Assembly: GCA_964016885.1 (NCBI GenBank)
Contig: OZ024741.1
Location: 116,932,001 to 116,996,000, forward strand
Length of the DNA stretch: 64,000 nucleotides
From: Eledone cirrhosa
Taxonomy: Eukaryota
Direction of reading: 5' to 3'
Of this stretch, positions 13,965-29,420 are shown piece by piece. Position numbers and translations under genes: made by a program. The notes under the pieces were generated by a model, which was not told the DNA's origin, did no database searches, and saw only the letters and a list, made by a program, of their open reading frames with translations. Numbering within the stretch: the first letter of the stretch is position 1; each line of letters opens with the position of its first letter.

Positions 13965-14097
13965 TTTGAAGATCTAGTTAAGCTTTAATTAGTTACCTAC
14001 CTAGCTGTGTGTGATTACACACTTTACAAATTATCCCCTGTGATTGTTTCATGTGTTTATTTTAAATATATATATGTCAATCAATTTCTAGTTGTTA
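13965..14097 (+). repeat. Single-arm copy of the 61468-62003 fold-back family
   Basis: Matches about 61870-62003. Confidence 0.75.
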
Positions 14098-14231
14098 TAT
14101 ATATATATACATATATATGTATATAGAGTACTCAATACTTAGGGTAGTAAAGTGGGTAATAGGAAAATGTTTAACCTCGACGGCAGAGCCCAAGCCGTTT
14201 CGACGGCTATTTTTGGAGCTCTCTCTCTCTA

Positions 14232-14343
<112 letters not shown>

Positions 14344-14419
14344 CATACATGTGTTTTCATAAGATATATGGTCCTTTCTTTCTCAATATATTTACATTTG
14401 AATTATATGTGTATATATA

Positions 14420-14517
14420 CACAAGGTCCCCCCCCCCCAATGTATACAGACATTAATTACTTCTAAACGTAATATTTATTAGAATGTTGTTGAAGCATGT
14501 ATACATTTTTGAGGACA

Positions 14518-14525
<8 letters not shown>
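14420..14525. mobile_element. Tiny Tc1/mariner-type MITE
   Basis: TACA.GG.TCCC...AATGTATACA...TGTATACATTTT.GGACAC..TGTA termini. Similar remnant at about 33475-33540. Confidence 0.5.
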
Positions 14526-14557
<32 letters not shown>

Positions 14558-14614
14558 TTGGGTGAATAACCTAACGAAACATATGAGCCTGTACATGTCA
14601 ATGTTGTAACTAAT

Positions 14615-14713
<99 letters not shown>

Positions 14714-15079
14714 GTGTATGTGTGTGTGCGTGTGTGTGTACTTGTGTGTATATACATATATACAGATTTACATGTAAATATAAGTATATATACACATATA
14801 TGTCTATATAGTATATATGTATATATATTATGTGTATATTTATATATTTATACATGCATTTACGTATCTATATATATGTATCTGTGTATGTATATATATG
14901 TATCTATATCTATATCACTATGTATGTGTGTATATATGTATATATGTATGTATGTGTGTATGTATGTATGTATATGTAAGTGTGTATGAATGTATGTATG
15001 TATGTATGTATGTATGTCTGTATGTATGTATGTATGTATGTATGTATGTATGTATGTATGTATGTATGTGTGTATGTAT

Positions 15080-15651
15080 CCCAGTACAACCTGTCTCATG
15101 GTCGGGTCGTTGGCGACTAAACTGGCAACGCCACCAAGGTTTCTTGGTGAGGAGGGTGACTTTGGACATCCTGCAGGACTAAAAACAAAACCTGTCAAAG
15201 GGCAAAGGAGCTCTTAAGAGTCAATGGCAATCCAAAATCACCGGGAGAGATGACCCCTTAGCCTTTGTCAAGGCAGAATTCTAGGAGAAGGAAAACTCTG
15301 ATATAACACCTGCAACTCTGATGGTATCCAATGATGTTGACTTGTTCTTCTTTTTGGTAAATATCATCTTGGTTAAGAGGGTGGGACTGGCTTTGTGCAG
15401 TGCCTTTGCTCACTATAGAAGCTTCACGGCACAGGCATTGCTTTATATCTGGGGATCTCTCTGCACTTGTCGTCACATGGTGCCATGGGCCCAGCACTAT
15501 GTGTCAATAATTGTCACAAGTGTAGTGTTTGTACCAGAGTTTTCAAGTCGCTGGCTGGATTAAAAAGTCACACTCGTTCAGCGCATCGGTAGGGGTTCTC
15601 CTACATGGATATAAAGTAGTGGCCGTACTCGAAAACGAGTTGGCAGCCACC
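15080..15651 (+). mobile_element. Family C non-autonomous retroelement with RTE-type 3' hairpin
   Basis: Near-identical to 16729-17280 (-) and 20277-20726 (+). Fixed end GTGGCCGTACTCGAAAACGAGTTGGCAGCCACC; the other end is variable and abuts (TATG)n. Confidence 0.75.
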
Positions 15652-15736
15652 ACCGTGTGTGTATGTATAATGCTTTGATAGGTTTCGGCCAGTATTGACC
15701 CAGGCTATGTCTAACCTAATAGCACCATATATATAT

Positions 15737-16532
15737 GATGTACTAAGTCCTTTGAACACAGTGCTCCAGAATAGCTAATCTAATGACTGAAACCAATAAA
15801 AGAATATATGTATAATGTATATAGCATAGTATATAGTATAAGTAAAATATATATAGTACACTATAGTTTATATACTAATATAGTATGATATATATTATAT
15901 GTATTATAAATATGGTATGTTATATATAGTATGTTATATATAGTGAATGTGTAATATTTGTTTCATTGTGTGTGTGTGTGTGTATATATATATTAGTGCG
16001 TATATGTATGTTTGTGAGTGTGTATGTGTGTGTTTTCTCTCTCTTAATTTTGTTTTCATTTTTGACTAGTCATCCTTCATCCTTTGAATCCTAAGAAAGT
16101 CTGACGTATAACACAATATATATTAGATATACACTATACAATAAACCAAGCATGGGCAACCTTTTTCGAGCAGTGGGCCGCATAGGATGTGGCTCATCAT
16201 AAGGCGGGCCGCGCTACTAAAAGATTCAGGGCTATTTTGAACTTGGCGTGCCATTTAGAAAGCCAAACGTGCCGCAGTTTGACCATGACTGCAGCAAACA
16301 ATGAAACATATATTAAACATTTACTATATTTTATAACATACCATATTTATAATGCATATAATATATCATACTATATTAGTATATAAACTATAATATACTA
16401 TATATATTTTCTTTATACTATATATTGTGCTATATATATTTTACATATATTCTTTTATTTTTATATTCTTTTATTGGTTTTAGTCATTAGATTGGTTATT
16501 CAGGGACATTCTGTTCAAAGGACTTAGTACAT
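15737..16532. repeat. Diverged AT-rich inverted repeat (arms about 15737-15968 and 16300-16532)
   Basis: Arms are reverse complements with scattered mismatches and indels. The spacer holds a hAT MITE. Confidence 0.8.
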
Positions 16533-16728
16533 TATATTGACCCTAACACCTTTTTATTTTATCGACCACTGTTTGTCGAACCACTAATTAAGCAGTAAAT
16601 GTAATAAGCAGTAAATGTAAAACATGCTGACAGGCCCCATATATGCATACATACATATATACATACTTACATCCATCCATCCATCCATCCATACATACAT
16701 ACATACATACATACATACATACATACAT

Positions 16729-17280
16729 GGTGGCTGCCAACTCGTTTTCGAGTACGGCCACTACTTTATATCCATGTAGGAGAACCCCTACCGATGCGCT
16801 GAACGAGTGTGACTTTTTAGTCCAGCCAGCGACTTGAAAACTCTGGTACAAACACTACACTTGTGACAATTATTGACATATAGTGCTGGACCCATGGTAC
16901 CATGTGATGACAAGTGCAGAGAGATCTCCAGATATAAAGCAATGCCTGTGCCGTGAAGCTTCTATAGTGAGCAAAGGCACTGCACAAAGCCAGTTCCACC
17001 CTCTTAACCAAGATGATATTTACCAAAAAGAAGAACAAATCAACATCATTGGATACCATCAGGGTTGCAGGTGTTATATCAGAGTTTTCCTTCTCCTAGA
17101 ATTCTGCCTTGACAAAGGCTAAGGGGTCATCTCTCCCGGTGATTTTGGATGGCCATTGACTCTTAAGAGCTCCTTTGCCCTTTGACAGGTTTTGTTTTTA
17201 GTCCTGCAGGATGTCCAAAGTCACCCTCCTCACCAAGAAACCTTGGTGGGGTTGCCAGTTTAGTCGCCAATGACCCGACC
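16729..17280 (-). mobile_element. Family C copy
   Basis: Reverse complement of 15080-15651, flanked by (CATA)n on both sides. Confidence 0.8.
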
Positions 17281-17315
17281 ATACATACATACATACATAC
17301 ATACATACATACATA

Positions 17316-18516
<1,201 letters not shown>

Positions 18517-18517
<1 letters not shown>

Positions 18518-18850
18518 GGCAGTATCGGTAGAGGGTCGGACACCATGCTTCGCAGCATAGAGTTAAGGCCCTTTATGATCTGAGTTCAATTCCTGCCGAG
18601 GTTAACTTTGCCTTTCATCCTTACGGGGTCGATAAAATAAAGTACCAGTAATGCAATTAGAAACAATTATTATTAGGGATTGGCAGTATCGGTAGAAGGT
18701 CGGACACCATGCTTTGCAGCATAGAGTTACGCCCCTTTATAGTCTGAGTTCACTTTGCCTTTCATCCTTACGGGGTCGATAAAATAAAGTACCAGCAATG
18801 TACTGGGATAATTGCTGGTCTTGTGCCAAAAGTAGAAATAATTATTATTA
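18517..18850 (+). mobile_element. Two tandem family-1 SINEs
   Basis: Each begins GGCAGTATCGGTAG (A-box-like) and carries GAGTTCA and the GCCTTTCATCCTTACGGGGTCGATAAA core. Confidence 0.8.
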
Positions 18851-18887
18851 GAGTTATATTACTTTAACGTTTGATATAGTGGGAAAA

Positions 18888-18925
18888 GAGTCTACGTTTC
18901 AGACACCAGTCCTTCATCAGAAGAT
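18888..18925 (-). ncRNA. Degenerate ultra-minimal hammerhead motif
   Basis: Minus strand: CTGATGA-A-GGAC-TGGT-GTCT-GAAA-CG-TA. Stem I is weak. Confidence 0.4.
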
Positions 18926-19117
18926 AGGATTAGAAATAAAAGGTGAAATAGAAAGATAGAGTGAGAAGGAGTTGAAAACAAATTGAGAAAAAGTACGTGT
19001 TTATTCAGCCTGCCAAAATCGAATATAATATATTGAGGATTGTATAGCATATAGTACATATATTTACACACATATATATGTATATATAATTATATATATA
19101 TATATATACAGCCCCCC

Positions 19118-19202
<85 letters not shown>

Positions 19203-19219
19203 CTATATATATATATATA

Positions 19220-19286
<67 letters not shown>

Positions 19287-19308
19287 TTCTATATATATGT
19301 ATATATAC

Positions 19309-19389
19309 TTATGTAATAAACAGCATAAGATAATTATTTCATTTACCAGTGGTAAATGAAATAATTAACTTATGTTGTTTATTACATAA
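19309..19389. repeat. 81-bp palindrome next to (TA)n
   Basis: TTATGTAATAAACAGCATAAG...TTACCAGTGGTAA...CTTATGTTGTTTATTACATAA. Confidence 0.85.
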
Positions 19390-19451
19390 CTAATAAGCTC
19401 TGTAGCCTACATAGAGCACTCTTTTTTCCTGGACCTTTCCGACGTAATTAC

Positions 19452-19515
<64 letters not shown>

Positions 19516-19606
19516 AACCAGTAAGACCCCTACCCACTCTACTACCCTAAGTATTGAGTACTTTGGTGCGTTATGGTCCACCTGGTTCCTTACCACATTT
19601 CCTTCG

Positions 19607-19681
<75 letters not shown>

Positions 19682-19824
19682 TAATTTACCTAACTTTTCT
19701 TTGTAGTCCAGGGAAGTTAACTAAATAAATAATCAATTAATCGGGGAAAAATGTAAATTATATGTGTAAGAAAAAATAGACAAATCTATCTGTGCATATG
19801 TATGAATCTGTATGTGTATCCTCT

Positions 19825-19899
<75 letters not shown>

Positions 19900-20019
19900 T
19901 ATAGCGTTATCTTTATATATTTCAAGTCATTAGAAGGAGTCCATGAAAGTTTAAGTTTACGAAACCACGTCTAATGCAGAGCAGTGTCAAACTGCTACGA
20001 TCACACACACACACACACA

Positions 20020-20099
<80 letters not shown>

Positions 20100-20220
20100 A
20101 ACTTTGAAGACTAAACAATTAATTATATAATCATACGAATATGAAACAAAAATTTATAAGAATACTGTTAAAATTAAGGGTCATAATTTTTACCTAACAT
20201 ACCGACATAACGACTGCATA

Positions 20221-20251
<31 letters not shown>

Positions 20252-20276
20252 TGTATGTATGTATGTATGTATGTAT

Positions 20277-20726
20277 GCAAAGGAGCTCTTAAGAGTCAAT
20301 GGCCATCCAAAATTACCGGGAGAGATGACCCCTTAGCCTTTGTCAAGGCAGAATTCTAGGAGAAGGAAAACTCTGATATAACACCTGCAACTCTGATGGT
20401 ATCCAATGATGTTGACTTGTTCTTCTTTTTGGTAAATATCATCTTGGTTAAGAGAGTGGGACTGGCTTTGTGCAGTGCCTTTGCTCACTATAAAAGCTTC
20501 ACGGCACAGGCATTGCTTTATATCTGGAGATCTCTCTGCACTTGTCGTCACATGGTACCATGGGCCCAGCACTAAGTGTCAATAATTGTCACAAGTGTAG
20601 TGTTTGAACCAGAGTTTTCAAGTCGCTGGCTGGACTAAAAAGTCACACTCGTTCAGCGCATCGGTAGGGGTTCTCCTACATGGATATAAAGTAGTGGCCG
20701 TACTCGAAAACGAGTTGGCAGCCACC
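20277..20726 (+). mobile_element. Family C copy, 5'-truncated
   Basis: Same 3' hairpin followed by ATGTATGT. Starts internally after (TATG)n. Confidence 0.8.
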
Positions 20727-20811
20727 ATGTATGTATGTATCTATGGTTGTATGTGTGTTCTGTTATTAATTCTGGCAATATTATTACAACAATATGACCC
20801 TCCCCAAGTAT

Positions 20812-20892
<81 letters not shown>

Positions 20893-20937
20893 CATATATA
20901 TATGTGTGTGTATATATATATATATATATGTCTTTAT

Positions 20938-20968
<31 letters not shown>

Positions 20969-21015
20969 CTCACATAGTGTGTATGTGTGTGTATGTATGT
21001 ACTTATGTATGTATG

Positions 21016-21049
<34 letters not shown>

Positions 21050-21241
21050 CATGTATATAAATATGCATACATAAATATATATATATATATGTATATACAT
21101 ATATATATGTGTCTATATATAAATATAAATATATATATATATATTCATACATATACATATATACATATATAAATATATATACTCATACATATACATACAT
21201 ACAAACACCTTTCTCTCCTCTTGATTACCTTATTTGGTTTT

Positions 21242-21300
<59 letters not shown>

Positions 21301-21314
21301 TATATGTATATATG

Positions 21315-21360
<46 letters not shown>

Positions 21361-21448
21361 TATATATATATATATATATATAAATACATATATAGAAATA
21401 CATATATATATGTGTGTACACATGTCCGTTGGTATGTATATATGTATG

Positions 21449-21479
<31 letters not shown>

Positions 21480-21572
21480 CTCTATATGCATGTATGTGTA
21501 TATGTATGTATATATGTGTATGTATCTTTGTATACATGTGCAAACATGGTAGAATTATTACGACAACCACAA

Positions 21573-21644
<72 letters not shown>

Positions 21645-22112
21645 GATCTCCCACTCTCTCTCTCTCTATATATATATATAAATATTAAAGAACATTGTTT
21701 CTTACCTGAAATTACTTTGGTAGGAATGATAGTGTCTGTCGTTATGGTGATCGTATTACTAGAGTAATATCGTAGTAGTAAATATAGTAGTAATAGTAGT
21801 AATAGTAGTAGTGATAGTAGTGATAGTGGTGATAGTAGTGATAGTAGTGATGGTGATGATTAACACAGTAGTTGTTGTTACGGAGATGGTGGCGACACAG
21901 TAATTGTTGTGGCGGCACACTGTTTGCAGTGAAAGTAGTTCAGCAGGCAGAGGTATATAGGTAGTCAATGGTGATTATTTCCAAGGAGGTAGAATACACG
22001 AGTAAAAGGACGACAAGGAGATCATTACAATCTTGATCGAAGACAGACTATAAAGAATCTAACCGGAACATAAATAAATATATAAACAATATATATATTG
22101 ATAAATAATCAC

Positions 22113-22206
<94 letters not shown>

Positions 22207-22782
22207 AAAAATATATATAAGATTTGTAGTAAATACAAATAATGGAAGAAATGAGCAGGAATGACAAACTGTCCCTTAAGTGAATGACGGGGCGGTACAA
22301 AGTGTCTTGTAAACACTTGGTGTAATTTAAGTAAATTACAAATGGAAGCCAATCTCTAGTTTCTGTTGTATTGTGTGTTGTGTGTTGATGTTGAGGTTGG
22401 GGTTATGTTGTATTGTGTTTCTTTATGAACGGACGATGAGGGACTGTTAGGTGTTATAAGCTGTAGTGGTAGTGGTAGTGGTAGTGGTAGTGGTAGATGT
22501 GGTGTAGTTGTTATTTTTTTTTTTTTTGTGGCGGTGGTGGTGGTCGTAGTGGTGGCAGTGGTAGCGTTGGTGGTGGTGTAAGATAAGAGTGATGGGGGCA
22601 ATTGATGATATACAGAGAGAATGAGAGCGAGAGAGGAAGAGAGAAAGAGAGAGAGAGAATAGTGAGAGAGAGAATGGGTGAGAGAGAGAGAGAGTGTGTG
22701 TGTGTGTGTGTGGAAGCGGGATAGAGGATGAAAGATTGAGAGCAAGGGATAAGGAGGAGATAGATTGATTGATAGATGGAGA

Positions 22783-22864
<82 letters not shown>

Positions 22865-23170
22865 GAAAGAGAGAGAAAGAGAGGGGGGTAAATGCGATAG
22901 AGAGTGAATGAGATAAATCAATCGATAGATAGATAGATAGAGCGAGAGAGAGAAAGAGAGGGGTGAAGTAATTCTATGGATGAATTGGTTGTTGTTGTTG
23001 TTGTTCCCTAGTCCCAGGTAAGCCCTTAACAAAGTAACTGATATATGATCAAAGATGTTCCAAATATGACATCTCATACCCACACCCACACTATATGCAT
23101 ACGTATGTATGTATGTATGTATGTATGTATGTATGTATGTATGTATGTATGTATGTATGTACGGATGGAA

Positions 23171-23315
23171 GTGACCACTCCAACGGAGTTTTTGCTTAAG
23201 CACAAGAGCCTCTATATTGTCACACAGAGAGCTTTCTAAAATCTCGACATCACTGATGTGGTCCCTCCAGTGAACGCCATGGATCCGTCTGAGACACATC
23301 TGATGGAAACGCTTA
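23171..23315 (-). pseudogene. RTE-clade LINE fragment (post-RT region)
   Basis: RFHQMCLRRIHGVHWRDHISDVEILE...IEALVLKQKLRWSGH matches the RTE 'FH..CLR.I..I.W.D.....E.L......IE......LRW.GH' motif. Confidence 0.75.
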
Positions 23316-23414
23316 TGTGTGTGTGTATGTGTATATATATATGTATATGTGTATATTATTATTGTTGTTGTCGTTATTATCATTGTTGTTATTATTATTA
23401 TTAGCAAGTTTGTT

Positions 23415-23544
23415 TACGGCCCTTGCCATTCTGAGTTCAAATCCCGCCGAGGTTAACTTTGCCTTTCATCCTTACGGGGTCGATAAAATAAAGTACCAGT
23501 AATGCACTTGGGTAATTGCTGGCCTTGTGCCAAAAGTAGAAACA
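23415..23544 (+). mobile_element. 5'-truncated young family-1 SINE with 18-bp TSD
   Basis: Flanked by ATTATTAGCAAGTTTGTT at 23397-23414 and 23545-23562. Confidence 0.8.
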
Positions 23545-23941
23545 ATTATTAGCAAGTTTGTTGAAAGGTGGGTGAATGTAGCGAGAATGGTCCGAGTGAA
23601 CGGGACCGCTCTGAATATACGTCTGTAGTTTGAGAGATGGAAAAATTGAGAGAGGGCGCTTGCCCTGGTGGTCAGGGTGGCCGTGGTCTTTTGTGTGGTT
23701 TTCGCCACGAGTAACCCTCGGAGGTTTCCCCCCTATTAGGGAATTTTTCATTGTTTCAATTTTCATTTTTATTGTTTATATATATATATGTTTCTATGTC
23801 TTTTTTTCTTTTCTTATATAAATAATAAAAATCTTTACACGCGCAAAACCCACATCGTACCGTCCTGTACCGTCCTGTACCGTCCTGTGCCGTCTGTAAT
23901 GTTTTTCTTGATGTCAGCCCTTGTGGCCAATAAAGAAATCA

Positions 23942-23987
<46 letters not shown>

Positions 23988-24869
23988 GGTTTTTTTTCTC
24001 GTGCAATGGCCATACTCGATAACGAAGGGGCAGCCACCATGTATGTATGTATGTATGTATGTATGTATTGGATGGATGGATGTATGTATTATGTATGTGT
24101 ATTTGTATGTATGTAAATGTATTAATTTATGTATGTATGTATATATATATACATATATGTATATTTGTATGCGTGTGTGTATGTATGCATGGATGTATGT
24201 ATGTATGTATGTATGTATGTATGTATGTATGTATGTATGTATGTATGTATGTATGTTTGTATGAATGTATTTATGTATGTATGGATGGATGTATATACGT
24301 ATGTATGTATGTAATTATATATGTATGTATGTTTGTATGAATGTACGTATGAATGTATGCATGCAGGAATATATGCTTGCCTGCATGTATGTATGTATAT
24401 ATATACATATTTACATATCATATGTATGTTTATCTCCTTTGTGCAGCAAGCAAATCCAGGATCATATTATCCAGTGTGTCCTTTCCTAAGACATCAGGAT
24501 GAGGTTTGGCTACTATTTCTAAAAGGCTGAGCCATTAAGTAGAGACAACTTTGGTGACGACAGTCTGGCTTACTGCGGTGAAACAAACAAATTATATAAC
24601 TACTCTCTAACTCATTGATGTAACTAACAAATAATTAATAAAGGGAAGAGCAATAAATATATGTAATATATATATACTAGCAGGGAAACTTATGCTAGTC
24701 CCGTCAACTTCTTATTATATACATATATATACATGTAACCGGGTTGAGCAATAAATCTCATATGTAACACATCCACTTTATTCTTATTATATATACACTC
24801 TGCTTTGCACCGAGTGCTGATATTGGTACGCTCACCAGTTTTCTTCGGACTTACTGAACCTTTTGCTCG

Positions 24870-24950
<81 letters not shown>

Positions 24951-25058
24951 TATATATATATATTGGAAAAGAGTCAGGACTCTGACAGCTGAGGTCCGGC
25001 CGTTTCGACAGCTAGATTCATTATGGTCCGCCTGGTATCTTATCACACCTTCTCTCTG

Positions 25059-25219
<161 letters not shown>

Positions 25220-25566
25220 TTATTTATTTATTTAGGTTTGAAGGTTCACCACTGGACAATTCCGTATGGTCAATCTTGATGTAATAATATGGAGAGTACT
25301 CAACGTAAAGCAGCTCAACCGTCTTCGTTTGTGTAGTTGGTGGTGCGAGTACGGAGTTAAATATTATAATAAAATAACAGGAGGCTGTAAACCTTTCAAG
25401 GATTTACACAAGTCCAGCCTCCTATTATTTTATTATATATATATAAAATAATTGATTCCAGTTCCTCAGAGAAATAACAACCCAACCAGGAACTGGCCAT
25501 ATCGGAGTACTGACGGAGTTAAACACCTCAACAACATGTGTACCCGTCTCTACCACACCAATTCGG

Positions 25567-25621
25567 ACTGCCTGAGGAGGTCACAGCCAAAGATGGCTGT
25601 CACCGAAATATATATAGCAGT
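25567..25621 (+). ncRNA. Type I hammerhead ribozyme
   Basis: ACTGC-CTGAGGA-GGTCACAGCCA-AAGA-TGGCTGTCACC-GAAA-TATATA-TA-GCAGT. All core positions and all three stems are present. Confidence 0.85.
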
Positions 25622-25909
25622 AATAAACGCAGCCAAATTTTAAATATTTGACTTATTTATTTTATTTTACATTACTCCGGAGTAACCAAACCAACCTGCG
25701 CACTTCGTCGAGTGCTCCAATCTGCATACTGAGGTGTCGGTAAACAACCAACATATACTTTAAAAAAAAAATATATATATATATATATATGAGAATGATA
25801 ATGGTCATGAGAAGGAGAATGATGATGATGGTTTTGATCCTTGATTTAGTTTCCAAGACAGCAATATATATACATACGTATTCATGTATATCTATATATA
25901 TGTAGCTAT

Positions 25910-26229
25910 CACTCTCAGGTCGTGAATAATTTCAGATCCCCTTCCCCGCGCTTATTAAATTTTGTTTATCTATCTCCGGCGAAATTTTTTTGTAAGTTAT
26001 TCATATCGATACAGCAGCTGGAGAATCCAATAATTTTATTATACATAAAAAAAAACACATTATATATGACAAAACAGGGCATTACAAGAAATCCCATATT
26101 TACGAACGTACACTATACAATTATCGACCCCCCCCCTCGTTTATTCCAACCCCTCTGCTTATAAGAATTGAAGCAAATGTCCATCCCCCGCTTATTCCAC
26201 CCTGCTATTATTAGGGACCCAAACAGTAT
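25910..26229. mobile_element. Degenerate DNA-transposon-like MITE
   Basis: Imperfect TIRs ACTCTCAGGTCGTGAATAAT / ATTATTAGGGACCCAAACAGT. Confidence 0.4.
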
Positions 26230-26358
26230 TTATATCTATCTATCTATGTATATATAGATATATAGATATGTCTGTGGAAGTGGGGGTATGCATGGTACCT
26301 CAGCATGGACTCAGCCGGACGGCAGGAATAGGTGAAAGAGTAAAAGAGTATACACATA

Positions 26359-26476
<118 letters not shown>

Positions 26477-27789
26477 GTGTGGACCAATAAAGTTTGTACA
26501 TATGCTGCAAGGTTGAAGAAACTATTTTTCTCCAAAAGAGATTTTGAAAGAGAAATTAGACTTTGACTCTTTTAAATCTATCTACGCACTACAGCGGTAA
26601 CACTGGAATACAACCCAAATGAAACGGATCTTGTACCAGCATTGAGTACTTCGAACGGCGCGCCACCTTTAACTGTTGGTACACACACACACACACACAC
26701 ACACATACACACACATACACACACATATATATGACGTATGTATGTGTGTGTGTCTGTGTGTATGTGTGTGTGTCTGTGTGTATGTGTGTATGTGTGTGTG
26801 TGTGTGTGTACCAACAGTTAAAGGTGGCCCGACGTTTTTTCGACATCTCATCTGGTATGCGAGCTTATATTTGCAAAGACACACACACATACGCATATAT
26901 ATATATATGTATGTATGTAAATGTAGGTGCCTCCTTTTCTAAGACGATGAGTTTAATTTGATGGGAATTAGGCTGCTTTTTGTAGCTGTTAGAGCGAGCA
27001 CCTAGTGGGTCAGGTTATCTCTGATTTAGCAGGCCTATAATCAAAAACACTCCAGCCGTGACTATCCTGACTTTTCCTTAGGTGCAATAGACACAGGATG
27101 ATAATGACGACAACGATGATGAGAAGGGCGATGGTGCTGATGATAATGATTTCTAATTTAGGCACAAGGCCAGCAATTTATTTTTGAGGGAGTCGATTAT
27201 ATCGACCCAATATCTGTAGTTTAATTTGTCGACACCAGGAGAATGAATGGCAAAGTTGATCCCAGTGGGATTTGAACTCAGAACTTAAAAGTCCGTAACT
27301 AAATATGGCAAAGCATATTGTCTGACGCTCTACCAATTCTAGCAACTCACAAGCCTCAATAACATTAATAATAAAAATCTAACATAGGTACAAGGGGTTG
27401 TTGATTGACAAGAATCGTTAGAACGCCGGTTACATGTTTTACGGTATTTTTTCCGAATTTGTTTGTTATGAGCTCAAATTTCGCCGTGGTCCACTTTGCC
27501 ATTCATGCTTCCCTGGATCGATAAAATAAAGTACCGGAAAAGTATTCAGGTAGATTCTTCTCTTTCTCTTTCTATCTTTCTCCATCTTTCTTTCTCTCAC
27601 TCTCTCACACACACATATAAATACATACATACATGGTGGCTGCAACTAGATTTCGATGCATGCATCGCAAAACGTCACATATCAAGCGATGCCTATGGTT
27701 GAAGCCTATGTGAGGAAAAGCTTGGCACGGGGCCAATACCACTCTTTGAACATACACACTTACATACATATATACATACATACATATAT

Positions 27790-27975
27790 ATAATTGTTTG
27801 TACTTTAGGCACAAGGCCAGCAATTACCCAGTGCATTACTGGTACTTTATTTTATCGACCCCGTAAGGATGAAAGGCAAAGTCAACCTCGGCGGGATTTG
27901 AACTCAGATCATAAAGGGACGTAACTATACTGGAAAGCATGGCGTACAACCCTCTACCGATACTGCCAATCCACC
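27790..27975 (-). mobile_element. Family-1 SINE (deletion subfamily)
   Basis: Full head to tail on the minus strand. Confidence 0.8.
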
Positions 27976-28394
27976 ATAATTTCACAGACACACACGTATA
28001 TACTTGCACACGCACACTTCCATCAACGATACACAAAAAAGGGACCCACACACATAGGAGACACAACTTCAATAACAAGCACACCCACGAAATGCACTCC
28101 ATCTGCACCCACGTAACAGAACCAATGATACAACTAGTCTCTCTACCTCGGCCACCAATCCCACACACCAAATACTTGCTTACCCACCACACCCATCTTT
28201 TAAAAAATCCTTTTTTTTCCTTTCTAACCTTCCAATCTCCGTTTTTCCATCTTGCCCTCGCTCTGAATTTTGCTCTTTCCCGATGAAGGACTTATGTCTG
28301 ATACGTCGAGACATATCTACTTCTTTTTTCCTCATCTTCATTCCTAAGTGTGAAACTAACAAGATTTTGTTTTTTGAATCCCTGTTTATTCGTC

Positions 28395-28425
<31 letters not shown>

Positions 28426-28890
28426 CTACTAAACCCCTGTGATTGCTTTCTTGCTTGCTTGTCTGCAATGTAATACAGCCAAAAGGGTGCATAATGGTAA
28501 AATACTTTGCAAGGAAGTTGACTCTAAAATGGGAATACAAATGACATAAAAGTTTCGCGTAAATCGGAGCACGGGTGCCCGAGATATGGGGTTTTTCCAG
28601 GTACCTTCATGAACAGAGAGATAGAGATAGATAGGTAGATAGATAGATAGACATAGGGAGCGGGAGAGGAGACAGAAGGAATGGGAGAGAGAGGGAGAGA
28701 GTGTGAGAGAGAGAGAGAGCTGTTGTTGTATATATATATATATATATATATATTGTTATACTTTGGGAGGGTCATGTTGCCAATAAGAAACACACGCACC
28801 AGTTGGAAACATGACCCTCCCAAAGTATAACAATATCGGTTTCAACACACGATTTCAGATAAAGAATCTTGCTAAACAAATTCAGAAACG

Positions 28891-28929
<39 letters not shown>

Positions 28930-28931
<2 letters not shown>

Positions 28932-29420
28932 TATCTAGCCACCAGTCTACCCTTCACAACACTTCCATCTTGACTGCTAGCCGTGTGATAATTTTCATCC
29001 TTTTCGAATTTGTTATGTGCAGCGATCGCTTAGGAAAAAAATCTGTCCTAACTGAAGGAGTCCCTTGATAAGCTTGAAGCCTCAGGGATAATACAGCAAT
29101 TACACACCTCCACAGAGCACAAGCGAAACAGTCGAGAGTCGCACCTAGAGGAATATTGGCAAACATTTATCTATTATTTTTTCAAACTTACATTTTAAAC
29201 TTAGCCCCGTTTAATTAATTTTTATTTAGTTAATTTCTCCAGACTAAGAAGAAAAAATTAGGTAAATTTTATCTGCCTGTTCTTCAAACTTATAATTTTA
29301 TATAACTCCGATTTATGATTATTTATTTAATTCATTCATTCATTGAGCCGCATCGTTGAAGGTGGGCTACACTCATATATGTATCTAAGCTTATGTTTTA
29401 ATATATATGTGATTCTTCTG
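28930..29420 (+). mobile_element. Family D hammerhead-bearing unit between (TA)n tracts
   Basis: Homologous to 63690-64000 and 63475-63610. Confidence 0.6.
29057..29146 (+). ncRNA. Hammerhead motif with U3:A8 core variant (degenerate stems I and III)
   Basis: TTGATAA-GCTTG...CAAGC-GAAA-CAGTCGAGAG-TC. Confidence 0.45.

Noticed and set aside
15080-15125. HDV-like ribozyme at the family C 5' end (CCAGT...GG-GTCG-TTGG-CGA-CTAA-ACTGG)
   Set aside because: P2-, P4- and J4/2-like pieces are present and RTE 5' ends can carry such ribozymes. However, I could not build P3/L3 or find a P1 5' strand. A full-length consensus is needed.
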